From assembly GCF_018350175.1 (NCBI RefSeq), contig NC_058369.1, positions 6,016,001 through 6,076,000 of the forward strand: DNA of 60,000 nt, in the 5' to 3' direction. The notes below the pieces were generated by a model. The model saw only the letters and a program-made list of their open reading frames with translations. It was not told the origin of the DNA and made no database searches. Source of the DNA: Felis catus. Its lineage: Eukaryota. This document shows, piece after piece, positions 13,445 through 27,415 of this stretch (position 1 is its first letter; every line of letters starts with the position of its first letter). A program made the translations under genes and the position numbers.

Positions 13445-15620
13445 TAGGGACTTCCTTTACCATTTCTTGCAGGCCAAGTCTAGTGGTCATGAACTCTCTC
13501 AGCTTTTGTTTGTCTGAGAATATTTTGATTTCTTCTTTATCTTTGAAGGATAGTTTCGCCAGATATAGAATTCTTGGTGGATAGTTTTTTTTTTTTTCCT
13601 TTCAGCACTTTAAATATGTCACCACAATCTCTTCTGATTGCCATGACTTCTGGTGAGAAGTCAGCTCTTAGTATTGAGGATCCCTTGGAGATGATGAATC
13701 ACTTCTCTTGCTGCTCTCAGGATTTTCACTTTGTCTTCTGACCGTTTGATTACGATGGGTCTCAGTCTCTTTGAGTTTCATCTTATTTAGAGCTCGTTGA
13801 AGTTCATGGATTTGTAGATCCATGTTTTTTACCAAATTTGGGGAGTTTCAATCATTGTGTATTTTTGCTTGTTTGTTTTTTGTTGTTGCTTTCTTTTTGT
13901 TTTTGTTTTCAAATGGTATTTCTACCTCTCTCTCTCTCTTCTCCTCCTGGGAATCCCATAATGTGTGTATTGTATCCCAAAGGTCCCTTAGACTCTGTTT
14001 ATTTTTCTTCATTCTTTTTTCCTTCTGCTCCTCAGGTTTGAGAATCTCAATTGTGCTATCTTCAACTTTTCTGATTCTTTCTTCTGCCTGCTTAAATATA
14101 CTGTTGAACACTACTAGTGATCTTTAATTTTCAGTCTTGAACTTTTCAATTCTATGATTTTTGTTTGGTTCCTTTTTTATAATTCCTATCTCTTTATTGA
14201 CATGCTCATTCTATTCATACATTGTTTTCCCCATTTCTTTTAAATCTTTGTCCATATTTTCTTTTCGCTTGTTGAGACCAGTTAAGGCGGTTGTTTAGAA
14301 ATCTTTTTCTAGTAAGTCCAGTATTTGGACTTCTTCAGGGACGGTTTCTGTCAATTTGTTTTTTTCCTTTGTTTTTTTCCTTTTATGTTTCTTTGTATGC
14401 CTTTGATTTTTTTTTTTTTTGTCGAAAACTGGACATTTGTATGTTTATAATGTGATAACTTTGGATATCAGATTCTCCCTTGGCTCCAGAATTTGATGTT
14501 GGATGTTATTGTTTTTGTGTTTTGATTGGTGAGAGCTCCAGTAATGCATTTTTTTTTCAACGTTTATTTATTTTTGGGACAGAGAGAGACAGAGCATGAA
14601 CAGGCGAGGGGCAGAGAGAGAGGGAGACACAGAAACGGAAACAGGCTCCAGGCTCTGAGCCATCAGCCCAGAGCCCGACGCGGGGCTCGAACTCACGGAC
14701 CGCGAGATCGTGACCTGGCTGAAGTCGGACGCTTAACAGACTGCGCCACCCAGGCGCCCCTAGTAATGCATTTTTTAAGTAAGTGACTTCCTCTGACAAT
14801 TCTTGCAAATACCATATTCCTTCATGTGCATGGTCACTGAAGTCTCTGTTGCTTAGTTTGTGGTTCAGCTGGTGTTTTTGCAGAGATTTGTTTTAAACGC
14901 CAGGAGCTAAAAAAGCAAGCAAATAAAACAAAAACCCCACCTTTCTGTCTTCGCAAATGGCTTCTGTGCCAGAGCACTCCTTCAACACTTAGCCAGGCTT
15001 GCACTGAGCCTAGAATCAGCCTGAAGTAAACCTTGGGGTCTTCTCAGGTCTTTTCTGAGCATGTATTTTGCCTTGGGCATGCACCAGACTTTCTACATCC
15101 CAGTTGATACACAGGTGTTTCTGAATATCCCAGTTTTCCAAAAACACTCTCCCCAGCTTTTGATCCTGAGCCCCAGGCAATGTAGTGTATGGTTTGACCA
15201 TAATCTTTGCCTCAGATGTCTCCAGGTTGTTAAGCCAAGTTTACTTGAATGCCAAGTAAGTAAAACAGAGATGTGTACTTTGTGTCAGTCTTTCAGGTAG
15301 TTTCCAGACAGGTTAGAACAGGCACTCATTATAATTTTTGAATAAAGCCTCCTCTGTTCCCTCCAGAACCAGGGACAAGGGTCTCACACTGGGAACATGG
15401 GCTTCCCTTTTTAAGACAATGCCATACTAGGGAGAGGGTGGGACAAGGGCAAATAAAAATGCCACAAAGCCTTTAACCATTTTTGGAGTTGCCCTTTTTA
15501 TTATTATTATTAATTCAGGATTTACTTGGTTGCTCTAAATCTTTGACTGTTTTCCAGAGTTCTGAAAATTTGGTGATGACAATTTATACTTGTTTTTTGC
15601 TGTTTCTATTGGGGATGGAT
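13445..15620 (-). mobile_element. Old L1 ORF1/5' region
   Basis: ORF 13848-14111 (-) reads FKQAEERIRKVEDSTIEI..EEQKEKRMKKNKQSLRDLWDTI, the L1 ORF1p coiled coil. Confidence 0.8.
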
Positions 15621-15749
15621 GAAGGCTGCCTACTCTGATTTAGCCCAAGCTAGCCTGGGTCGTGAAAGATATATGACTCCATCACTTCTATGGCCTCAAT
15701 CACCAGCCAGTCAACCTCCAGCTATGAATGAGGCCATCTATTCCAATAT

Positions 15750-17710
15750 TTTATGGCTGTGTAACAAACCACCCCCGAACTCAGTAAAAAACAGTAGCCA
15801 TTTTTCTTTTAAATATGTTTGTGGATTCTGTGGACAGAATTCCGTGGGGGGTGGGGGGCGGGGGATGGTTTATTTGGCTCCATGGCATCTAGGGCTTAAG
15901 CTGGGAAGACTCAAAGGGCTGGCGTTCCTGAGTGGTTTGGGGCTGAAATTATTTGGGGGTCATCTTTATTCACATGTCTGGTTCCTGGCTGGGACTGCTC
16001 AAATGGTTGGGGTCTCATTGTACTACTCTCTCTGTAGTTTCAGGAACCTCCATGCGGTCTCCCCACGTGACATCTATAGCATGGCAGCCTTGGGGTAGTT
16101 GGACTTATTACATGATGCCCCAAGCCTCTGAAAGTGAATCTTCCAGCAAACAAGGGAGAAGCTTGCATGGTTTTTAATGATATAGCATTGGAAGTCATAG
16201 TATTGCTTTTGATATACCTATTGGTTGAAGAAGTCCAACCACACTCAGATTCAAGGTGACCTCTTCTCTTGATTGTCTAAGTATTTTCTTGGTTAAAGTA
16301 TTTTCAGTTATGTTTTAAAACTTCACTGGTGGGGCACCTGAGTGGCTCAGTCAGTTGAGCGTCTGACTTCTGCTCAGGTCATGATCTCACAGTTTGTGGG
16401 TTCAAGCCCCGCATCAGGCTCTGTGCTGACAGCTCAGAGCCTGGAACCTGCTTCAAGTTCTGTGTCTCCTGCTCTGTCTTCTCCTTCCCCATTCATGCTC
16501 CATCTCTCTCTGTCTCTCAAAAATAAATAAAAGTTAAAAAAAAACTTCACTGGCTAAGTAAACAAACTTAGCTAACCTACAGATGTGTGAATGAGCCCTG
16601 CTATGCTCAGCAGAACTTTCCATCTGAGCCTGACCCAAATTTCTGAACCACACAACGTGAAACAAATAGTTTTTATTTTGAACTATTGATTTGGGGGGTG
16701 GTTTGTTAGGCAGCAATAGCTAACTGACACATCTTGGCAGGTAAAACACACTCATCAAGCCTAATATCAGCTGATCACTTCCTGGAGCCCTACAAGGTGA
16801 TGCAGGTGAGCAGACCCATGGCTTCTGTAGGCCAGTGGCTCCTCCCTGTCTGTGTTCACCCTACAGTCTGCCACCCCTGGTTTAACTGCTATAAAAGCTC
16901 CATCCATCCCACTGTTCTTTGATTCATTTCAATATCCTTTGAACAGAACCCCTGAACATAATAAAAGACACGTTGAATTGAACAATCCCTAACTATTCTA
17001 CTCTTGATCCATACAGCTTACTCCATTCAGTATTTCCTTTTACAAATATTAAAGGAGCATCTACAACAGGCCATTCACCCTTCAAAATCCTGGAGAAGTG
17101 ATAGTTAACATGAAAAAAGTGTTGCTTCTGTAATAGAATTTGTATTCTGGTGGGATATGGTAAGCAATTTCTAAAATTGTTCCCAGAGGTCTCCACCTCC
17201 TGGTATTCATGGCCTTGTGTAATCTTCTTCCAAGGAGTGATTTGCTTCTAACTGATATAATACCTCATCATTGAAAGAAATGTCATTTTTGTGACTAGGT
17301 TACAAAAGATTCTGACTTCTATCTCTCTGGCACATTTTCTCCCTTGTTGGCTTTCATGAAGCAAGTTGCCACGTTGGAACAATTCATGTGGCAAAAAAAA
17401 AAAAAAAAACAAAACAAAACCCTGAAGGCATCCTTTGGCCAACAGTCAGCTAGGAGCTGAGGCCCTTAGTGCAACAAGAACTGAATGCAACCAAAAACCA
17501 TGTGAGTGAGCTTGGAAATAAATCATTCCCCAGGTGAGCCTTCTGATCAGATCCTAATCTTGGCCATTCCCTTGATCTCAGCCTCATGAAACACCCCAGG
17601 CAAAGGATCCACAAAGTCATGTCTAGATTCCCGACCCACAAAAACCTGGGATGATAAATGTGTGTTGTTTTAATCCATTTGGTTTGTAGCAATCTCTTTT
17701 ACAGGAATGG
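15750..17710. mobile_element. Several MaLR (MLT1-like) LTR fragments plus a SINE
   Basis: Motifs ggctgtgtaacaaaccaccc, ccagcaaacaagggagaagcttgcatgg and aactgaatgcaaccaaaaaccatgtgagtgagcttggaa. Confidence 0.6.
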
Positions 17711-17950
17711 ACAATGTGAGGGGAGTTGGGATAAATAAATGAACAATTCAGAAATAAATCACAGAGTGATACAAGCTATCCAAAGGATACAAGAATAGGG
17801 TGCCTGGGTGGCCCAGTCAGGTGAACATCTGGCTCTTGGTTTCAGTTCAGGTCATGATCTCGTGGTTCGTGAGTCCAAGCCCTGCCTTGGGCTCTGCGCT
17901 GACAGAGCCTGCTTGGGACTCTCTCTCTCTCTCCCTCTCTTTTTGCCCCT

Positions 17951-17996
<46 letters not shown>

Positions 17997-19729
17997 ATAA
18001 ATCAATAAACTTAAAAACAAAACAAAGGACCCAAGAAGTGGGGAAACCTGAACAGACTAAATATCACAGGAGACATTGGAAAGGAAGGTAATTGAAGATT
18101 TCATATGTGAAATAGCACGGGGCCAAGGTGGTTCTATAGCCTCACCCTGGTCTCCCTATACCCTAGCTTGACCATTTGATTCCTATGACCAGTTTGCACT
18201 TTCATTCTCAACCTGTTGGATCTTGGAGAGTTTCTCCTTCAGTAATGGCCGTGGTGCCTCCCTGTGACTTTGCTGTCCCTGTAGACCCAGGCTGACTTCA
18301 GTCTAGAGAAACTGGAGTTTCTGGAAACCGGACCAGTTTCTGGCTGCCTTTTGTCCTCAAGCTCCCAACAGCAGAAGGGGATTTGGAGAGCAAAGACTCA
18401 TGAATGCCAGGTGCATTTTCAAGGTCAGGCAGAAGAAGTGGAGCCTGTGAAGGGGATGGAGGAGGGGCTGGGGAGATTGAGGAGACCCCAGAGAGGACGT
18501 GACCAGGGAGGGAAGTCCTGGGAGAGTGGAGTTTCAAGCAGGAAGGAAGAAGCTCTTCTTAGGGGGTGGGACCACGACAACAATGGGTCTGTTGGTTTTC
18601 CCAAGGCAAAAGTAGATACTGTCATTGGTCGTGTTCAGGGAGTGGGGGGAGGCAGCAGTGAAGAAAACCCTTCTCCAAGAAGTTTGGTGACACCTAGAGG
18701 GCCAAAACTGATGAGAGAAGCCAGGCCTATGTTCCTGGAAGTCTCTCTGTTCCAAGACGTGAGGCACAGATCATCTGCATCCCCAGGAACGGAGTTTTCA
18801 GGACAGAAGCAAGAGTGGACCCAGGCGTTGGCTTCACTGCAGGGCAGAGCTCTGCAGTGGGGCCACGCCCTTCTTCCTGGTGCTGTCACGGGCAGCAGTG
18901 CCCAGGAAGGACTAACGCTCATGGAAAAGGAGCAGACCCAGAGGACTGTGACGTCACTCTCAAGAACTTGCAAACATAGGAGACACGGAGGAAGCAGGGG
19001 TCCCAGCCAGTGCGAAGGCAAGGAGGCAGGAACGTGTGGCATGCCTTCTGTAAACCAGCGCTGAAGCCGCCTTGGGCCCTGGGTGGCACTGTCCAGCCTG
19101 GTGAGACACCCAGCGGGCTGCCCATTTCTTGATTCCTGACCACAGCCCTCGGTGGTCTCCTTCTGGTCTGTGGCTGTTAGCTGAGGTTCACGGAATTCTG
19201 CTGCTGGCAAGTTCCTGAGAGGCCAGCCCCAGCCTGGCCAACATTTCAAAGAAGGAGAGAATGACATCTCTAAAAGCACAGGTGTCACTTGTCTGAGCCA
19301 TGAGAGGTTAAGTGGGTTCTGACCTGGGGTAGATCTTGGGGGGAAGATTTTGTATCAAGTCAAAGCTTACAGGGTGTGTCAGAGTCCGTGCAGCCCAGTT
19401 AGTTTGGGAATGGGCTGCAAGTAGGTAGGGAAGGAAGACTTCCTGGAAGAGGTGGAATTGAAAGGTGATGAGATTCGTTAGTGGAAGAGTGGTGAGAATG
19501 TGGGTGGGGATGTAGGACTGAGCAGCCACGTGAGGTGTTGAAGTTGAACTGGGCAGTGGAGAGAGCCAACGTTTGCTCATTCCATTTGTCATTTATGGAA
19601 CACCTCTTCTGAGCCAGCTTCTCTACAGGGAACTCGGTCTGCAGGGGGGAGGCAGATCTGAAAGACAGATCCAGGAAGAGCCTGGAGGAAGCACCTGCCC
19701 CAGCCTGGTGGGCATCTAAGATGGCTTCT

Positions 19730-20715
19730 CCGATAGAACAAGAAATATAGTTAGTCTTTGTGTTTGGCTCCTGGCAGAAAACTCCTAAGACCTTTGTAAT
19801 TCTCTGAGTGATAAAAGGATCATGTGTTATTTATAAGGCACCCCTTTGCATCATACCTGAGTTTATGTTAATGAGATGACTCAGCAGAGGGCCTGGATGG
19901 GCCTGGTCCCCATGAAGGTCAAGGGATTTGAAGGTTGGAGCTTCTAGGGGCTGGAGGTTGAGCTCTACAACAATCCTTGAACAACAAGACTTGGTTAGCG
20001 TCCTGGTTAGTGAGGTGTCCGCATGTGGGAGGCTGTGCAGCTCAGTTCCATGGGGACCCTCTGGACTCATTCTGGGCACCCCTTCATTTGCCTGCTCATC
20101 TGTGTCCTTTATAACATGCTTTATAATAAACCAGGAAGTATATGTAAGTTTCCCCCTAAGTTTTATGAGTCGTCTGGCAAGTTATTTGAAGAGTCCTGAG
20201 GAGGGGGTCATAGGAACCCCTGATTTATAGCCACTGGCTCAGAGGTATGGGTGGCCTGGGCTTACAATTGGTGTCTGAAGTTGGGGACAGTCCAGTGGCA
20301 CTGAGCCCTTAACCTGTGGGATCTGTTAAAAACAAGGCAACAGGGGCGCCTGGGTGGCGCAGTCGGTTAAGCGTCCGACTTCAGCCAGGTCACGATCTCG
20401 CGGTCCGTGAGTTCGAGCCCCGCGTCGGGCTCTGGGCTGATGGCTCAGAGCCTGGAGCCTGTTTCCGATTCTGTGTCTCCCTCTCTCTCTGCCCCTTCCC
20501 CGTTCATGCTCTGTCTCTCTCTGTCCCAAAAATAAATAAACGTTGAAAAAAACAAAACAAAACAAAAACAAAAACAAGGCAACAGGCCCCACACATGCCA
20601 AGCCCCACGGCATGGGATGGAAGCTTAACTTAATCACCGTTTTGCTCTCTCAGAAGTGGAAAATTTTTTAATGTTAATTTTATTTTTGAGAGAGAGAGAG
20701 AGAGAGAGATCCACC

Positions 20716-20757
<42 letters not shown>

Positions 20758-21560
20758 AGAGCGAGAAGCCCAAGAAAGCTGCACACTGACGACAGTGAGT
20801 CCGAAGCGGTACTCAAACTTATGACCCGTGAGACCATGACCTGAGCGGAAGTCAGACGCCCAACCAACTGAGCCACCCAGGCGCCCCATCTCAGAAGTGG
20901 CATCTTAACCAGCCAGTCCGGAATCACCTGATCAGCACTAGTTAGGTGACTTGCCTCATGGACCCCTGCCGTCCCCTACACGGCAAGGAAACTTGCAGCA
21001 ACCAACCTGCTTTTGTTGTTGTTGTTGTTGTTGTTGTTGTAAGTGGATTTATTTATTTTGAGAGAGAGAGAGTGTGTGAGGGAGGGGCAGAGAGAGAGGG
21101 AGAGAGAAGCTCAAGCGGGCTCTGCACTGTCAGTACCCAGCACCCAATGCGGGGCTCGAACCCATGAGCTGTGAGATCATGCCCTGAGCTGAAATCAAGA
21201 GTCGATGCTTAACCGACTGAGCCACCCAGCTGCCCCTAATCAACCTGCTTTTTGGCCTGGCACAATTTCCTTGATCTTGCCCTCTTCTGCCTATAAAGTC
21301 TCTTGCCCTTTAAGCTCCTCAAAACTCCTTTCTATCCGCCATATTAGATGCTGCTCAATTCATGAATAATTGGATAAAGGCAATAAGGTCTTCAGTTGAA
21401 TTTTTTTTTTTTAATCAGATCCGATGCTACCTCCAGGTTGATAATGTCATCACGGAGTGAAATTTGTGGGACGTCCAGTTGGTGTCGGCTGAGACTTAGA
21501 ACACAGTTTGGTGACGCTGGAGCACACGCAGAACTTCCAGAAAGAAGGCGGTTGTGCTTT
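19730..21560 (+). mobile_element. MER21-like ERVL LTR interrupted by a second LTR
   Basis: Motifs catacctgagtttatgttaatgagatgactc, ggaacccctgatttatagcc and ctgagcccttaacctgtgggatc. The element resumes at 21418 with gatccgatgctacctccaggttgata. Confidence 0.7.
20324..21417 (+). mobile_element. ERV1-type (MER34-like) solo LTR carrying three SINE insertions
   Basis: TG...CA ends with 4-bp TSD GATC (20320-20323 / 21418-21421). TATA-like cctataaag near 21291. Confidence 0.7.
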
Positions 21561-22214
21561 GGGGGAAAGGCTACACTCTGAAGGGCGAACTGCTTGCGCA
21601 GAGAGGGAATGGGGAGGTGGGAGGAGGAGTGTCGTCAGGGCGACTGGCACATGCAAAGATCAGGAAGTGAGGCAGAATGTGACTTCCCAGGGGAACTGAA
21701 AGTCTTTCAGCAGGACTCCAAGTCCCAGGAGGGAAAACTGGATGGCTAGTCTGGGATCCATCACGAGGTGTTCAGCCGCAGACGGAAGGGTTAATCACAA
21801 AGGTGGTAGGACTTGGCCCGCCCAAGAGAGAGCATCTTGTCTGGCGTTTGGACGAGGGGTTGATGTCACGGCTCCGCTCGTGTGTCTGCAGATGGGAAGT
21901 CAGCGACTCCTCTGAAAGTCCAGCTGGGCACCAAGAGGATGCTAACCGAGGCAGACTTGGACCCCAGCCCTGCCTCTCCTGCTGTGCAGCCACGGGCAGG
22001 TCTCCTCCACTCTCTGAGCCTCCGGCCATCCCCATGTGTGAAATGTACAAGCGATAATAATTCATTTAGGCAGACCTTTAACAGCCACGGATGGAATGAG
22101 AGAGAGTTCTTGACCCTGGGGACAGAGCAGTGAAGAAAACAGACTCAGTCTCCTCCCCCTGAACAGCCAGCCCCCCGCTGGTGTTATAAATCCTTTGGCG
22201 AAAGACAGCCCCCC

Positions 22215-22345
22215 TCTCCATTCGCTGACATATTGTCAGCGGGGCTTCCACGTCATAGCGGCAGAGCTGAGCGGTTGTGGCAGAGACCGTATACCTTGCA
22301 AAGCCAGCAAGTATTTACGAGGTGCCCCCTTGGTCTAGAAAGTTC
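22215..22345 (+). mobile_element. MER58-like hAT DNA transposon fragment
   Basis: gcagagctgagcggttgtggcagagaccgtata..gcaaagcc..aagtatttac resembles the MER58A 3' end. Confidence 0.55.
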
Positions 22346-24049
22346 CGTTCTGGGGGAGACAGGTAGTTGACAGATACACAAGTTTGGAGCCTGAATCTGC
22401 CGCCTCCCCTCCCCCTGCCTTCCTCCTTCCCTCAGACTTCCTGAGTCTGAGAGCGCTATCAAATCCCCCCTCCCGCTTTTTTCAGCTGGCCGGAGTTTGG
22501 GGCACAGAGCCGAATGAAGAGGAGGTCTGTCCCGCAGTTCCAGCATTCATGGGCAGGTGACACAGTCCTCTTTTTACTCCCAGGTAAAGTGGGAACAACA
22601 GTGGCTGCGTAATGGGAATTGACTGAGATCACGTCCAAAAAAGCATTTAGCACTAAGTGTTCAAGGAATGCTGGTAGGATTTTCACTTCTGGTTACAATG
22701 CAGAAGGACCGGGGCCGCCTGGGGGGCTCCGTCAGTTGAGCGTCAGACTTCGGCTCAGGTCATGATCTCGCGGTTCGGGAGTTTGAGCCCCGCGTGGGGC
22801 TCTGTGCGGACAGCTCGGAGCCCGGAGCCTGCTTCGGATTCTGTGTCTCCCTCTCTTTCTGCCCACCCCCCACTTGTGCACTCTCTCTCTCTCTCTCTCT
22901 CAAAAATAAATAAAAACACTAAAAAAAATAAAAATTTTTTAAAAATTTAAAAAATGTAGTACAGGGGCGCCTGGGTGGCCCAGTCGGTTAAGCGTCCGAC
23001 TTCAGCCAGGTCACGATCTCGCGGTCCGTGAGTTCGAGCCCCGCGTCAGGCTCTGGGCTGATGGCTCAGAGCCTGGAGACTGTTTCCGATTCTGTGTCTC
23101 CCTCTCTCTCTGCGCCTCCCCCGTTCATGCTCTGTCTCTCTCTGTCCCAAAAATAAATAAACGTTGAAAAAAAAATTTAAAAAATGTAGTACAACCCAAA
23201 AGACCCTCGCTATCATGGCGACAACTAGAAAAACCCATTCTTTCCGATGGAGCTAGTTCAGAGTGGTGGATGAAAGGGAGTTTTGATGAGCTGGTTTTCA
23301 GAGATAAAATGAGCCCTCTGTAGGTGAGTCAAGAGCAGTGGCATCTTCTATACCCAGGGGCAGGCGGACGCCAGTTCTGGGTATGAGAAGGCTTGCAGAG
23401 ATAAGGACGTGTTTCAGGGACAGAGGAAATCAGCCAGTTACTGGAAGACGAGAGTTAATGTTTCAAGTGGCGGCCACTAGAGTGTTGGAGTCCAAACCTG
23501 GTGAGGGGGACATCCACATGGAGGGTTGTACTGGTGGGGGGGGGGGTCAGAACCCAGGCGAGGTAAGGGCAATACGGTGGTCAGTCTGCCTGGTGGGAGG
23601 AGTCAATGTCCAAACAAAGTAAGGAAGACATCCATACAGGTAGAGGAAGGTGTCAGAAAGGGAGACTGATTATACAGCGGGACATTCATTCATTCAGGAT
23701 AATGGGAATCAGGTTTCCCGATATCAGACATCAGCACCCGATATCAGGGTGCTGCCAAGTTGGACAGAGAGAAAACTAGAATGAACCCTATTGTACTTAA
23801 TTGGAGGTGTTGGTATAAAATCATGGCTTTCAAAATATTTAGAGAAGTGCACGCGTGTGTGTTCCCATTTGTCTACTGAGAGGTCTTGGGACCAGTGATA
23901 CTTCAAAGAAATGAGCACACTTAACACCCAGGTCCTGGTTTCTGAAACGCCATTCTCCGCTTAAAAGCAACCGAGCCTCTTTGGGAAATGGTTGACTCCA
24001 GAGTTGGGACAGGGAAAGCCTGGAACATCCAGTTAGAATAGAAAGGAAG

Positions 24050-24704
24050 TGTTGGAGTAGGTCATCAGGAGGACCGCTGGTTGACCTGTGAGCCGGACCT
24101 GGGCACTCAGAGGCTCCTCTCCCATTCCTCAATCCTTGGAATGTGGGTTCCACTTGCCTTTTCTATTCCCAGAGGCTGCCCCAAGGACATAGCCTTGAGA
24201 TAGCGATGTCGTACTGAGATATACCATCTGGATGGTATATATGAATGGGTCCCTATAAAAAAATTTTTTTTAATGTTTATTTATTTTTGACAGAGAGAGA
24301 GAGACAGAGCATGAGCAGAGGAGGGACAGAGAGAGAGGGAGACGCAGAATCCGAAGCAGGCTCCAGGCTCTGAGCTGTCAGCACAGAGCCTGACATGGGG
24401 CTCGAACTCACAGACTGCGAGATCATGACCTGAGCCGAAGTTGGACGCTCAACTGACTGAGCCACCCAGGAGCCCCGAATGGGTCCCATTAAGGTCTCTA
24501 CATAAACTTTTAAGATTCTGGTGGGCAGGTGTGGAGATCTACTCGTCTTGCAGACACCCAAGACAAGCCTCGAATGTCATTCCTTTGCTTATTAAAACTG
24601 CCACCTACCGATCTGGAGTGGCCTTCTTCTTTCTTCCTGCCCTATATGTATGGGGACTAGTTTCAGATTTCACCCAGGGAAAGTCCTGAGGTTGCAGACC
24701 AACA
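24050..24704 (+). mobile_element. Solo LTR with an internal SINE, inserted in an old L1
   Basis: Terminal inverted ends TGTTGG...CCAACA. 5-bp TSD GGAAG (24045-24049 / 24705-24709). ATTAAA near 24591. SINE at about 24256-24476 flanked by TSD gaatgggtccc. Confidence 0.85.
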
Positions 24705-26429
24705 GGAAGGAAAACTGATTGGCAAGAAAACGGATAAGCAGATGTCAAGAGGACACAGAAGCCGGTTTGAAAGGCTTCCACTGGCCAAATCAAAGACAAT
24801 TTAAGCATCAAAAATATGGGAGGAAGAAGCAACATCAGCAAAAATGCCACAGTAAGTTTTGTCCTTCTAGGAAAGCGATGGAATAAACTGCAAAATTTGT
24901 CAGAATCAGCATTTTTAGAACTCTGGAAATCAACCAAAATCTCACAATAATTCAGGGAGCATGTCGTCAAGAAAAAGAGCTGAATCTCAGTAAAGAACAG
25001 TGAGCTCAGGAGAATCTTAACTTACTCTGGTTCGATTCCCCACCCTCCAACTCAGAAGTAGCCCTGAAAAGTAACAGTCTGGATAGCTGGTTCTGGAGGA
25101 AGAAGAACACAGCTGGAGCTCTTAAAAATCCTCACTGCCGAGCAGGAGTCATCATTTGATCTGTCTGATTTCCCTGGAAGCCCACACTTGAAAGGCTAGT
25201 CTTCAACTGACCCTGCTTGAACTTGCCCAGTGCTAAAAGCCTCTCTCCAGGGGACACTCCTCAAATGTTTTTTTTTTTAATTTTTTTTAACGTTTATTCA
25301 TTTTTGAGACAGAGAGAGACAGAGCATGAACGGGGGAGGGTCAGAGAGAGGGAGACACAGAATCTGAAACAGGCTCCAGGCTCTGACCTGTCAACACAGA
25401 GCCCGACGCAGGGCTCGAACTCACGGACCGCGAGATCATGACCTGAGCCGAAGTCGGCCGCTTAACCGACTGAGCCACCCAGGCGCCCCACTCCTCAAAT
25501 GTTTTAACAGGACAGCTGCCTGAGGCAATGAGGCAAATACCAGCCTAATCAAAAGTCTCAAAAGGAAAAGTTAAGGAATGAGAGATGTCCTTGGGGCTTT
25601 GAAAAGTTCTGATATATTCTTGGGATCTGAAAGGTCACCTGTATGCACAGGGGTTTGTGCACACCCAGGAAAGATCTGAGAAAGCCCTAAGCTCTCAGTT
25701 CTGGCTGGCTTTAAGGCTCTGGGAAAGCAGGAAGTGAAGGCTAAGGCAGAGCTTCAAACTTTCTGGCTGTGTGTTGAAGGTGTGTCTGAACACACAAAGT
25801 CCCTCAGCAGAGACTGGGAGACTTTTAGAGGCATTCAAGGAAATCTCTGTCCAGCCATCAGCTAACTTCTAAGCTAACTGAGTAGAGATTTTAGTGGGCT
25901 TACATGACAGAGACTTTACAGAATTAGTTCAGAAAAGTCATTAAATAAGCAAAAAACAACAAACAACAGTGACAGCAAACCTTTAGGAGGAGGAAAACTC
26001 TGATTTCCATAGCTGCCGTATTATTTAAAATGTCCATTTTTCAACAAAAAGATTATGGGACATACGAAGAAACAATGAAATATTACCCATACATGGGCAG
26101 GGAGGCGGGGGTGGGGCAGAAAAAGTGACTAAAAACTGTTTCTGAGAGAGCACAGATGTTGGAATTCCTAGGCAATGATTCTAAATCAGTGATTTTAACT
26201 AAATTGGTATTGATCCTACCTAGATTGTGATAAATTAATATGTTAATAGTAATCCCCAGGGCAACCAAAAAATAATTCAAAAATATATAGTAAATGAAAC
26301 TAATAACCAAGAAAGACCTAAGACATATAAAAAACAAATAGCAAAATGGGAGATATAACTCCTACATTACCAGTAATTACATTAAATATAAATGAACTAA
26401 ACTCTCCAATTAAAATGTAGAGATTGACA

Positions 26430-27029
26430 AAAAATTAAAAATAGAACTACCCTACAACCCAGCAATTGCACTACTAGGTATTTATCCAAGGGATACAGGT
26501 GTGCTGTTTCGAAGGGGCACATGCACCCGAATATTTACAGCAGTACTATCAACAATAACCAAAGTATGGAAAGAGCCCAATGTCCATTGATGGACGAGTC
26601 GATAAAGAAGATGTGGTGTATATATATAGATAATGGAGTATTACTCGGCAATCAAAAGGAACGAAATTGTTGCCATTTGCAACAATGTGGATGGAACTAG
26701 AGGGTATTATGCTAAGTGAAATTAGTCAGAGAGAGACAAATATCATATGACTTCACTCATATGAGGAATTTAAGATACAAAACAGATGAACATAGGGAAG
26801 GGAAACAAAATAATATAAAAACAAGGAGGAGGACAAAACATAAGAGACCCTTAAATACAGAGAACAAACTGAGGGTTGCTGCAGGGGTTGTGGGAGTGAA
26901 GATGGGCTAAATGGATAAGGGGCATTAAGGAAGACACTTGTTTGGATGAGCACTGAGTGTTTACATAGGGGATGAGTCACTGGAATCTACTCCTGAAATC
27001 ATTATTGCACTATATACTAAGATGTAAAT

Positions 27030-27063
<34 letters not shown>
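26430..27063 (+). mobile_element. 5'-truncated carnivore L1 3' end with (TAAA)n tail, nested in an older L1
   Basis: aaattaaaaatagaactaccctacaacccagcaattgc... with a 19-bp TSD taaaatgtagagattgaca (26411-26429 / 27064-27082). Confidence 0.9.
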
Positions 27064-27066
<3 letters not shown>

Positions 27067-27190
27067 AATGTAGAGATTGACAGAATGGCCTAAAAAAGAT
27101 GATCCAATTGTATGCTGTCTACAAGACAGCATACAATTTAATGTTTGTTTATTTTTGAGAGAAAGAGAGAGAGGGGGAGAGGGAGAGGGA

Positions 27191-27230
<40 letters not shown>

Positions 27231-27376
27231 ATCTGAAGCGGGCTTCTTGTTGACAACCTCGAGCTTGACCTGGGGCTCTAACTCATGAACGTGGAGTTTA
27301 TGACCAGAGGGGAAGTCAGACGCTTAATTAAAACTAACTGAGCCACCCAGGCACCCCAAGAGACTCACTTTAGATT

Positions 27377-27415
<39 letters not shown>

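Noticed and set aside
18351..19064. 237-aa ORF and the opposing 217-aa ORF
   Set aside because: No recognisable homology or exon structure; plausible by chance in GC-rich DNA.
22223..22241. Hairpin cgctgaca-tat-tgtcagcg
   Set aside because: Only 8-bp arms inside a MER58-like relic; expected by chance.
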